The position numbers and the translations under genes are program-made. A DNA stretch of 64,000 nucleotides from Burkholderiales bacterium (GTDB lineage: Bacteria > Pseudomonadota > Gammaproteobacteria > Burkholderiales > SG8-39), in the NCBI GenBank assembly GCA_035499575.1, contig DATJYN010000170.1:4123-68122 (forward strand). The letters run 5' to 3'. Positions 56,281 through 64,000 of the stretch are shown here, piece by piece; position 1 is the first letter of the stretch, and every line of letters begins with the position of its first letter. The notes beneath the pieces were generated by a model, which saw nothing but the letters and a program-made list of their open reading frames with translations, had not been told where the DNA came from and made no database searches.

Positions 56281-57296
56281 GCGCGACCCGTCCTGTATGG
56301 AATGTCGATTTCCACGCGGTAGCGCCCGCCTTCGATCCGCGTATCCAGCTTGGCCTCGGCATCGAAGAACAGCATCAGGCGTTCGCGGATATTGTCCAGT
56401 GCCATGTGGTTACCGGCGCGCATGGATTCCCCTCCTGGGCTGCCGACGGCGTGCGAAGGATTTTCGATCTGCATGCGTACGCGGTCGCCGCGCCGCTCTA
56501 TGCGCACCAGCACGTCGCCGATGCCGGTACCCGGCTCGACACCGTGATAGACCGCGTTCTCGAGCAGCGGCTGCAGCACCAGCGGCGGCAGCAGCGCGTC
56601 CACCGGCGCCTGATCGAGGTCCCAGGACATGCGCAGGCGTTCGCCCAAGCGTAACTGCTCGATCGCCGCGTAGCGCTCGACCAGGGCGATCTCGTCGGCC
56701 AGGCGCACCAGGTCGCGGCCGTCGGATATCAGCGCACGGAACAGGTCGGCGAGGTCTTCCAGCGTGCGTTCGGCGCGACGCGGGTCCTTGCGGATCAGTG
56801 CCAGCACGGCGTTCAGGCTATTGAACAGGAAATGCGGGCGGATGCGCGCCTGCAGCGCCTGCAGCCGCGCTTCCGCGAGCGCGGGCGAATGCGCGCGCCG
56901 GTGCAGCGTGAGATAGGCGAGCACCGTCGTCGCGCTGGCGGCGGCAAACAGCAGCACGCGCCCGCGGCCGGCGTCGGCGAACTGCCCGAGTGCTGCCTGC
57001 GTTGCCGCCGCGAGCGCAAGCGAGAGTGCAACCACCAGCGCGCAGCCGGTCCAGTACGGCAGGCGGTGCACCAGCGGGGCCGCTGCGTAAAGCGCGGCGA
57101 GGCATGTCAGCAGCGGCGGTTCGATCAGCACGGTGCTCTGCACGAATGCGTCCAGCGTGCGCGTCCAGACTGGCTCGCTCGCCAGCGCAGCGGCGAGCCC
57201 GAGCAGGTTAACCGCCACCAGGGCGCGCGCCACGACGCCGAGATTGCGGAAATCCGGCAGCGAGTCCGGGTGGGAGTTTTGCCTTATACTGGGCAT
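56277..57296 (-). CDS. LytS/AlgZ(FimS)-type sensor histidine kinase
   Basis: 339 aa. Four or five N-terminal TM helices, phospho-acceptor region RPHFLFNSLNAV and N-box ENAVYHGVEP. Overlaps the regulator gene. Confidence 0.85.
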   Translation of the reverse strand: MPSIRQNSHPDSLPDFRNLGVVARALVAVNLLGLAAALASEPVWTRTLDAFVQSTVLIEPPLLTCLAALYAAAPLVHRLPYWTGCALVVALSLALAAATQAALGQFADAGRGRVLLFAAASATTVLAYLTLHRRAHSPALAEARLQALQARIRPHFLFNSLNAVLALIRKDPRRAERTLEDLADLFRALISDGRDLVRLADEIALVERYAAIEQLRLGERLRMSWDLDQAPVDALLPPLVLQPLLENAVYHGVEPGTGIGDVLVRIERRGDRVRMQIENPSHAVGSPGGESMRAGNHMALDNIRERLMLFFDAEAKLDTRIEGGRYRVEIDIPYRTGRA

Positions 57297-57344
57297 CGTT
57301 AGCGAGCGGTCTTCAACCGTATTGTAAGTAGCATTTTATTCCCT

Positions 57345-58772
57345 ATGGCTGCAGCAGCCCCCAAGCGGAAGAAGTCGGCGAAAGCCTGGTCCGGGCGCTT
57401 CGGCGAACCGGTGGACGCGTTCGTGCAGCGGTTCACCGCCTCGGTATTCTTCGACAAGCGTTTGGCGCTGCACGACATTAGGGCCTCGCTCGCGCACGCG
57501 CGCATGCTGGCCGGCTGCGGCGTGATCGCTCGCGCGGACTTGAAGGCGATCGAAAGCGGGCTCGCCAAGGTACGGGCGGAAATCCGCGCCGGCAGATTTG
57601 CCTGGTCGGTGGAAAACGAAGATGTCCACGGCAACATCGAGCGGCGCCTGGTAGAGCTTGCGGGCGACGCCGGCAAGCGCTTGCATACCGCACGCTCGCG
57701 CAACGACCAGGTGGCCACCGACGTACGTCTTTGGCTGCGCGACGAGATCGACGACATTGCCGGCAAACTCGGCTCGCTTGAGGCAGCCCTGCTTGCGCAG
57801 GCGGAGCGCCATGCCGCGCTGGTCATGCCCGGCTTCACGCACCTGCAGGTCGCGCAGCCCGTGACCTTTGGCCACCATCTGCTCGCCTATGCGGCGATGT
57901 TCGAGCGCGACCGCGCGCGACTCGCCGGCTGCCGCAGGCGCGTCAACGTGCTGCCGCTCGGCTCGGCCGCGCTCGCGGGCACCAGCTTCCCGATCGACCG
58001 CGAACGCGTCGCGCACGAACTGGGCTTCGAGGGCATCGCCGGCAATTCTCTCGACGCGGTCTCGGACCGGGATTTCGCCATCGAGTTCGCGGCCTGCGCC
58101 GCACTCATCATGGTGCACCTGTCGCGCCTGGCCGAGGAGCTGATTCTCTGGATGAGCCCGCGCTACGGCTTCGTGAAAATTCCGGACCGCTTCTGCACCG
58201 GCAGTTCCATCATGCCGCAGAAGAAGAATCCCGACGTGCCAGAATTGGTGCGCGGCAAAAGCGGGCGCGTGATCGGCCACCTGCTCTCCCTTCTCGTCCT
58301 CATGAAGGGCCAGCCGCTCGCGTACAACAAGGACAACCAGGAAGACAAGGAACCGTTGTTCGACAGCGTGGATACCGTGAAGGACTCGCTGCAGGCCTTC
58401 GCGGCGCTGGTCGCCGGCGTCCAGCCGCAGGTGAAGGCGATGCGGGCCGCGGCGCTGCAGGGACACGCTACGGCGACCGACCTCGCCGATTACCTGGTGC
58501 GCAAGGGCCTGCCGTTTCGCGATGCGCATGAAGCGGTCGCGCGCGCAGTACGGGCCGCCGAGCGGGCCGACTGCGACCTCTCCGAGCTGCCGCTCAAGAC
58601 GCTGCAGGGCTTCTCGAAGCTGATCGGCAAGGATGTCCATAAGTCGTTGACGCTGGAAGGATCGGTGGCCGCACGCAACCATGTCGGCGGCACCGCGCCG
58701 GTGCAGGTGAAGGCTGCGATCGCCAGAGCGCGAGAGCGCGAGCGTTCCACGGCGCGCATGCGTCGTCCCTGA
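57345..58772 (+). CDS. argH: argininosuccinate lyase
   Basis: 475 aa with the fumarate-lyase signature [12 protein letters not shown]. Divergent from the kinase gene, as in Pseudomonas. Confidence 0.96.
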   Translation: MAAAAPKRKKSAKAWSGRFGEPVDAFVQRFTASVFFDKRLALHDIRASLAHARMLAGCGVIARADLKAIESGLAKVRAEIRAGRFAWSVENEDVHGNIERRLVELAGDAGKRLHTARSRNDQVATDVRLWLRDEIDDIAGKLGSLEAALLAQAERHAALVMPGFTHLQVAQPVTFGHHLLAYAAMFERDRARLAGCRRRVNVLPLGSAALAGTSFPIDRERVAHELGFEGIAGNSLDAVSDRDFAIEFAACAALIMVHLSRLAEELILWMSPRYGFVKIPDRFCTGSSIMPQKKNPDVPELVRGKSGRVIGHLLSLLVLMKGQPLAYNKDNQEDKEPLFDSVDTVKDSLQAFAALVAGVQPQVKAMRAAALQGHATATDLADYLVRKGLPFRDAHEAVARAVRAAERADCDLSELPLKTLQGFSKLIGKDVHKSLTLEGSVAARNHVGGTAPVQVKAAIARARERERSTARMRRP

Positions 58773-58782
58773 TTTAGCAGCC

Positions 58783-60087
58783 GTGAACGCGCCGGAGCAG
58801 CCGCAGCAGATCGGCAAGTACCCGGTGGTGCGCCACCTGGGTTCGGGCGCGACCTCCGAGGTCTACCTCTGCCACGACCCCTTCACCAAGCGCGACGTCG
58901 CCGTGAAGCTGGTGTCGACCGCGTTGTTCAACGATCCGGAGCGCGGCAAGCTCTACCGCAAACTGTTCGTCACCGAGGCCTCGCTCGCGGGCAAGCTGCA
59001 GCACCCGCACATCTGCCAGATCTACGACGCGGTCGCCGACGATTCGCTGCACTACATCGTCATGGAATACGTCGACGGCGGCACGCTGGAGAAGTTCTGC
59101 CACCCCGATCACCTGCTGCCCCTCGACAAGGCCGTCGAGATCGTCTTCAAGTGCACGCGCGCGCTCGAATTCGCCCACAAGATGGGCATCACGCACCGCG
59201 ACATCAAGCCGGCCAACATCCTCTACAGCGGCCAGACCGACGTGAAAGTCACCGATTTCGGCGCGGCGCTGGTCTCCAGCGGAGACTCGACGCAGATCTC
59301 GGCGATCGGCTCGCCCGCCTACATGTCACCGCAACAGGTGAAGGAGCACCCGCTCGACCACCGCACCGACATTTACTCGATGGGCGTCGTCATGTACCAC
59401 CTGCTGGCCGGTCGGCTGCCGTTCCAGGCCTCCAACAATTTCAGCCTGATCTACCAGATCACCAATATCGAGCCGCAGGCGCCTTCCTCCTACCGGCCCG
59501 AGATCCCGCAGGCGCTGGACGCCATCGTGCGGCGCGCGATGGCCAGGGACCTGGACCAGCGCTACGCGGAGTGGGAGGAATTCTCGCTGGATCTCGCGCA
59601 GGTGTTCCGCGGCGAGCCGATCGGCGGCGGCACTGCCGCCGGCGCGGCGGATTTCGCGGATTCGGAGAAATTCGAACTACTGCGCAAGCTACCGTTCTTC
59701 GAGAAATTCACCGACGCCGAGCTCTGGGAAGTGGCGCGCGTCTCGGCCTGGCGCGCGGCGAAAGCGGGCGAAGTGCTCATGAAGGAAGGCGAGAGCGGAA
59801 CCTTTTTCTGCATCCTGGCCGAGGGCCAGATCAAGGTAACCAAGCGGGGCAAGCTGCTGAACGTACTCGACGCCGGCGAATGCTTCGGCGAGATGGCCTA
59901 CCTGCAGAAGCAAGGGCAGCGCCGAGGCGCAGACGTCACCGTGATGACCGACGCGAAGATCATTTCCGTGCCGACGGAAAAAATTGATCAAGCCTCGGAC
60001 GGCTGCCGCCACCATTTCGACCGCGCGTTCATGGAAATCCTGGTCGAGCGCCTGACAATGGCGAACATCCGCCTCTCGGGCGTCTAG
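58783..60087 (+). CDS. Hanks-type Ser/Thr protein kinase fused to a C-terminal cyclic-nucleotide-binding domain
   Basis: 434 aa with a GTG start. Kinase motifs GSGATSEV, VAVK, HRDIKPANIL, VTDFGAA and SPAYMSPQ. CNBD motifs FFEKFTDAELWEV...GECFGEMAYL...RGADVTV. Confidence 0.85.
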   Translation: MNAPEQPQQIGKYPVVRHLGSGATSEVYLCHDPFTKRDVAVKLVSTALFNDPERGKLYRKLFVTEASLAGKLQHPHICQIYDAVADDSLHYIVMEYVDGGTLEKFCHPDHLLPLDKAVEIVFKCTRALEFAHKMGITHRDIKPANILYSGQTDVKVTDFGAALVSSGDSTQISAIGSPAYMSPQQVKEHPLDHRTDIYSMGVVMYHLLAGRLPFQASNNFSLIYQITNIEPQAPSSYRPEIPQALDAIVRRAMARDLDQRYAEWEEFSLDLAQVFRGEPIGGGTAAGAADFADSEKFELLRKLPFFEKFTDAELWEVARVSAWRAAKAGEVLMKEGESGTFFCILAEGQIKVTKRGKLLNVLDAGECFGEMAYLQKQGQRRGADVTVMTDAKIISVPTEKIDQASDGCRHHFDRAFMEILVERLTMANIRLSGV

Positions 60088-60106
60088 AACACAGGTCGGA
60101 CCCAGG

Positions 60107-61402
60107 GTGACTAGCGGTCGCGTGATCATCGCCGGCGGCGGCTTTGGCGGGCTGGCGACCGCTCTGACGCTCCACCAGATCGGCGTGCCATGCGTCGTGT
60201 TCGAGTCAGCCCGGGAAATGCACCCGCTCGGCGTCGGCATCAATCTGCAACCCAATGCCGTGCGGGAACTCGGCGACCTCGGCATCGCCGAGGACGATCT
60301 AGACCGCGTGGGCCTGCCCGCGAAGGAGTGGGCGCTGGTCGGACTCAACGGCAACGACATATATTCCGAGCCGCGCGGGCGCCTGGCCGGATACAAGTGG
60401 CCCCAATACGCCGTTCATCGCGGCCAGTTTCACATGCTGTTGTACCGGATGGTCCTACAGCGGATCGGCCCACAGGCGGTCAGGCTCGGGAGCCGCGTGA
60501 CCGGCTACCGGAGGAACGGTGATGGCAGTGTCAGCGCACTCGTCGAACATGCCGACGGCTCGACCTCGGAGGCAACCGGCGCGCTGCTCATCGGCGCCGA
60601 CGGCATCCACTCGGCGGTAAGGGCGCAGATGCACCCGGCGCAGCCGCCGATCCACTGGGGCGGCGCGGTGATGTGGCGCGGCACCACCTGGGCGAAGCCG
60701 ATACGCGGCGGCGCTTCCTTCGTCGGCCTGGGTACGCATCGCCACCGGGTCGTCTTCTATCCCATCTCCCACCCGGATCCGAAGTCGGGCCTCTCGATGA
60801 TCAACTGGATCGCGGAAGTCACGATGGACAGCAATGAGGGATGGAAGCAGAGCGGCTGGTTCCGGCAGGTTGAAACGAAGGACTTCGCGCACCACTTCGC
60901 GGATTGGGTCTGGGACTGGCTCGATGTCCCCGCGCTGATCAGGCAGGCGGACGGCGCTTTCGAAAACCCGATGATCGATCGCGATCCGGTGCCCACCTGG
61001 CAGGACGGTCCGGTGGCACTGCTCGGCGATGCCGCGCACGCCATGTATCCCACCGGCTCAAATGGCGGGAGTCAGGCCATTGTCGATGCCCGCCTGCTGG
61101 GAGCCGCGATGGTCGAGCACGGGGTCACGCAGGAGGCACTCGCCGCCTACGACGCCAGGCTATGCGGCCCGATTTCGCAGCTCATCCTGCGAAATCGCGG
61201 CGCAGGGCCGTTCGGGCTACTCAACCTTGTCGATGAACGTTGCGGCGGCACTTTCGACAACATCGACAATGTGATTCCACCCGCGGAGCGCAACGAATTC
61301 ATGGCGGCCTACAAGGCCGCCGCGGGCTTTGCGATCGAAAGCCTCAACCAGGCGCCTCGGACGATCCAGATCGGTGCGCGCGCCGCGCCCCGGCGCCGTT
61401 AG
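60107..61402 (+). CDS. FAD-dependent aromatic-ring monooxygenase family protein
   Basis: 431 aa with a GTG start. VIIAGGGFGGLATA dinucleotide fold, GADGIHSAVR and GDAAHAMYPTGSNGGSQAIVDA motifs. Confidence 0.85.
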   Translation: MTSGRVIIAGGGFGGLATALTLHQIGVPCVVFESAREMHPLGVGINLQPNAVRELGDLGIAEDDLDRVGLPAKEWALVGLNGNDIYSEPRGRLAGYKWPQYAVHRGQFHMLLYRMVLQRIGPQAVRLGSRVTGYRRNGDGSVSALVEHADGSTSEATGALLIGADGIHSAVRAQMHPAQPPIHWGGAVMWRGTTWAKPIRGGASFVGLGTHRHRVVFYPISHPDPKSGLSMINWIAEVTMDSNEGWKQSGWFRQVETKDFAHHFADWVWDWLDVPALIRQADGAFENPMIDRDPVPTWQDGPVALLGDAAHAMYPTGSNGGSQAIVDARLLGAAMVEHGVTQEALAAYDARLCGPISQLILRNRGAGPFGLLNLVDERCGGTFDNIDNVIPPAERNEFMAAYKAAAGFAIESLNQAPRTIQIGARAAPRRR

Positions 61403-61722
61403 GCCTGCTGATTCAGTCCCTCGAGGAGTTTCTGCAACTCGCCGGACTGGTACATCTCTTTCACGATGTCCGAGCCGCCCACGAATTCGCCGTTGACGTA
61501 GAGCTGCGGAATCGTCGGCCAGTTGGCAAAATCCTTGATGCCCTGGCGGATGTCGGGGTTCTCGAGCACGTTGACGCTGAAGAACTCCTTCACGCCGCAG
61601 GCGTTGAGCGCCTGCACCGCGAGCGCCGAGAAGCCGCACTGCGGGAACTGCGGCGTGCCCTTCATGTAGAGCACCACGGGGTTGCCGGTGACCTGCTGCT
61701 TGATCTTGTCTTGAGTGTCCAT
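61399..61722 (-). CDS. grxD: Grx4-family monothiol glutaredoxin
   Basis: The ATG at 61722 gives MDTQDKIKQQV... Active site PQCGFS and the WPTIPQLYVNGEFVGG motif. Confidence 0.92.
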   Translation of the reverse strand: MDTQDKIKQQVTGNPVVLYMKGTPQFPQCGFSALAVQALNACGVKEFFSVNVLENPDIRQGIKDFANWPTIPQLYVNGEFVGGSDIVKEMYQSGELQKLLEGLNQQA

Positions 61723-61732
61723 GGGAGGGATT

Positions 61733-62524
61733 TTAGCCCTTTCCGCCCGCGATACGGGCAATGCCGGCAAGGTCGGGCCAGGTTGTCACGGATTCAAGGC
61801 CGGCTTCGCGCAGCAGCGCGCGGACCGCACCCTCCTGCCCTTTCCCGTGCTCCAGCAGCAGCCAACTACCCGGCGCCAGATGTTTTTTCACATCCCTTGA
61901 AATGTCCCTGATGCAATCGAGGCCTTCGGGCCCCGCGAGCAAGGCCGCCTTCGGTTCATAGCGCAGGGCGGCCAAGTGCGGGTCGCCGACGGCCACGTAG
62001 GGCGGATTCGAAACGATCAGTTCGAAACGCTCGCCGGCCACCGGCTCGAACCAGCGGCCGTGGCGGAAATCAATATCGAGGTTGAGTTTGGCCGCATTTC
62101 GCTTCGCTGTAAGCAACGCCGAGAGGTCGGCGTCGATGGCGACGACTCTGCATTGCGGCCTTGCATGCTTGATTGCGAGAGCGACGGCACCCGATCCTGT
62201 TCCCAGATCCAGCACCGACGCCGCATCCCGCTCGAGCGCCAGGTCCACCAGCAACTCGGTTTCGGGCCGGGGGACCAGCACCGAGGGATTGACGGACAAG
62301 TCGAGGCCGTAGAACTCCTTGCGGCCAAGAATGTAGGCGACGGGCTCTCCGCTCTTTCTCCTTTCGACGAATTCGAGGAACGCGTTCTCGACTTCGAACG
62401 GAATTTCCTGTTCTGGTGAAGCAGCCAGACTGGCTTGCGAGAAGCCCGCGATTTCCGCAAGCAGCAGGCGCGCCTCCCTTGCGTCTATGCCGGCAGCGGA
62501 GATGGCCTCGGAGACGGTCACCAA
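61733..62524 (-). CDS. prmC: peptide chain release factor N5-glutamine methyltransferase
   Basis: 263 aa. SAM motif VLDLGTGSGAVA and catalytic VSNPPYV. Lies downstream of prfA. Confidence 0.9.
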   Translation of the reverse strand: MVTVSEAISAAGIDAREARLLLAEIAGFSQASLAASPEQEIPFEVENAFLEFVERRKSGEPVAYILGRKEFYGLDLSVNPSVLVPRPETELLVDLALERDAASVLDLGTGSGAVALAIKHARPQCRVVAIDADLSALLTAKRNAAKLNLDIDFRHGRWFEPVAGERFELIVSNPPYVAVGDPHLAALRYEPKAALLAGPEGLDCIRDISRDVKKHLAPGSWLLLEHGKGQEGAVRALLREAGLESVTTWPDLAGIARIAGGKG

Positions 62525-62540
62525 CGCGCTCGCGCGTTCC

Positions 62541-63626
62541 TCACGCCGCTTTTTCGGAGAGCTGCGCGAGCTGCTCCGCCAGATGCTCGGCCGTAAGCGC
62601 GTTGACGATGTCGTCTAGTTCGCCGTCCATGATCCGCTCGATCTTGTAGAGCGTGAGGTTGATGCGGTGATCGGTGACGCGGCCTTGTGGAAAATTGTAG
62701 GTGCGGATGCGCTCGGAGCGGTCACCAGAGCCGATCAGCGACTTGCGCGTCGAAGCAGTTTTCGCCGCGATCTCCTTTTCCTGCTTATCCTTGATGCGCG
62801 CGGCGAGCACCGACAGCGCACTCGCGCGATTCTTGTGCTGTGAGCGGTTGTCTTGGCACTCGACCACGATGCCGGTAGGCAGGTGGGTAACCCGGATCGC
62901 CGAATCGGTCTTGTTGACGTGCTGGCCGCCGGCGCCGGAAGCGCGGAAAGTGTCGATGCGCAACTCGGCCGGGTTCAACACCACGTCGGCCACGGCATCG
63001 GCCTCGGGCAACACCGCCACTGTGCAGGCCGAGGTATGAATGCGTCCTTGCGTCTCGGTTTCCGGCACGCGCTGCACGCGATGGCCGCCGGACTCGAACT
63101 TGAGCCTGGAATAGGCGCCCTGGCCGACGATGCGCGCAATGACCTCCTTGTAGCCGCCCAGTTCCGAGGGACTCTCCGAGATCAGTTCCACCTGCCAGCC
63201 CTGGCGTTCGGCGTAACGCGTGTACATGCGGAACAGGTCGCCGGCGAAGAGGCCTGACTCGTCGCCGCCGGTGCCGGCGCGGATTTCGAGGAACAGATTC
63301 TTGTCGTCGTTCGGGTCCCGCGGCAGCAGCAGCTTCTCCAGCTCGGCCGCCAGTTTGTCCATCGCCGCCTGCGCGTTCTTCGCTTCCTCGTCGGCAAATC
63401 CCTTCATCGCGGGATCCGAGGCCATGCCGTGCGCGTCGGCCGCGTCCTTCTCGGCCTGCCGGTAGCGCCCGTAGATCTCGGCCAGATGGGTTAGTTCGGC
63501 GTGCTCGCGCGAGAGTTTCTTGAACTCGCCCAGATTGCGCGTCACGCCCTCCGCCGAAAGCAGCCCGTTCAACTCCTCCAGCCGCCGCGCCTGGCTGTCG
63601 AGCTTCGCCCGCAGCGAAGGTTTCAA
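62541..63626 (-). CDS. prfA: peptide chain release factor 1
   Basis: 361 aa. GGQ motif [14 protein letters not shown] and RF1-type tripeptide region RVPETE. Confidence 0.97.
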   Translation of the reverse strand: MKPSLRAKLDSQARRLEELNGLLSAEGVTRNLGEFKKLSREHAELTHLAEIYGRYRQAEKDAADAHGMASDPAMKGFADEEAKNAQAAMDKLAAELEKLLLPRDPNDDKNLFLEIRAGTGGDESGLFAGDLFRMYTRYAERQGWQVELISESPSELGGYKEVIARIVGQGAYSRLKFESGGHRVQRVPETETQGRIHTSACTVAVLPEADAVADVVLNPAELRIDTFRASGAGGQHVNKTDSAIRVTHLPTGIVVECQDNRSQHKNRASALSVLAARIKDKQEKEIAAKTASTRKSLIGSGDRSERIRTYNFPQGRVTDHRINLTLYKIERIMDGELDDIVNALTAEHLAEQLAQLSEKAA

Positions 63627-64000
63627 GCGCGCAGGCGGAACAGGCGCGCCAGCGTCTCGGCCAGCGTGCGCCGCTCCTCGCCCGTGGCTTCGTTCAGTGC
63701 CTGCGTGGGCGCGTGCATCAGCTTGTTGGTGAGGCCCTGCGACAACGTCTCGACCACCTGCGTCGGGTCGTCGCCCTTGGCGAGCAGCCGGAGCGCGCGC
63801 TCTACCTCGTGCCGGCGCGCTTCTTCGGCCTGGTCGCGCAGCGCGCGAATCAGCGGCACCGACTGGCGCACTTGCATCCAGTGCATGAACTGGCCAACCT
63901 GGGTATCGATGATCGCTTCCGCCTGCTGCACCGCGGCGCGGCGCCCGTCGAGGTTGCCCTGCACGACGCCCTGCAGGTCGTCGATGGTGTAAAGGAACAC
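63623..64000 (-). CDS. hemA: glutamyl-tRNA reductase, C-terminal part; the gene runs off the right edge
   Basis: 125 aa of a C-terminal dimerisation-domain-like sequence ([28 protein letters not shown]...). Lies in hemA-prfA-prmC synteny with a 4-nt overlap with prfA. Confidence 0.88.
   Translation of the reverse strand: MFLYTIDDLQGVVQGNLDGRRAAVQQAEAIIDTQVGQFMHWMQVRQSVPLIRALRDQAEEARRHEVERALRLLAKGDDPTQVVETLSQGLTNKLMHAPTQALNEATGEERRTLAETLARLFRLRA

Noticed and set aside
1-64000. CRISPR arrays, rRNA genes, IS elements, REP-type intergenic repeats, riboswitches and toxin-antitoxin pairs.
   Set aside because: The intergenic regions are nearly all under 100 nt. The only tandem repeat seen is the 26-bp unit at 52653-52714. 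No spacer-repeat periodicity, transposase-like ORF or long structured leader was found by inspection.

Overview
This 64-kb window is a compact, GC-rich chromosomal segment from a proteobacterium. There is almost no non-coding DNA, and many gene junctions are stop/start overlaps. Most of it is conserved core genome in familiar beta/gamma-proteobacterial orders: miaB-phoH-ybeY-corC-lnt-glyQ-glyS-gmhB-plsC; lptD-surA-rsmA facing amgK-murU-pepP-ubiH; dusB-fis-purH-purD-hemF; argH facing an algZ/algR-like pair fused to hemC-hemD-hemX-hemY; and hemA-prfA-prmC-grxD. There is one tRNA, tRNA-Met(CAU). I found no rRNA, CRISPR array, IS element, integrase or prophage genes. Three accessory-looking modules stand out. 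(1) 1-8402, minus strand: four soluble glycosyltransferases, a deacetylase-like protein and a small membrane protein are translationally chained to a peptide-type ABC ATPase and binding protein. (2) 8485-12867: a diverged QueC-like PP-loop protein sits next to a membrane/[2Fe-2S]/class III cyclase fusion, then a C39-like cysteine peptidase lipoprotein and a cyclic-nucleotide-gated K+ channel. (3) 16264-25657, directly after the tRNA: a 9.4-kb divergent gene pair of operons. It encodes a HAD phosphatase, a polytopic-membrane/uridine-kinase-like fusion, a GDPD-like protein, a GT2 polyprenyl-phosphate glycosyltransferase, GtrA, a tandem nucleotidyltransferase and two GT-C-like membrane proteins. 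I consider module 3 the best candidate for an undescribed periplasmic envelope-glycosylation system. Smaller oddities include a 26-bp tandem duplication that creates two 8-codon mini-ORFs chained between hemX and hemY, and a Ser/Thr kinase fused to a cNMP-binding domain. All functional calls come from reading the supplied translations for motifs and synteny. No database search was run.
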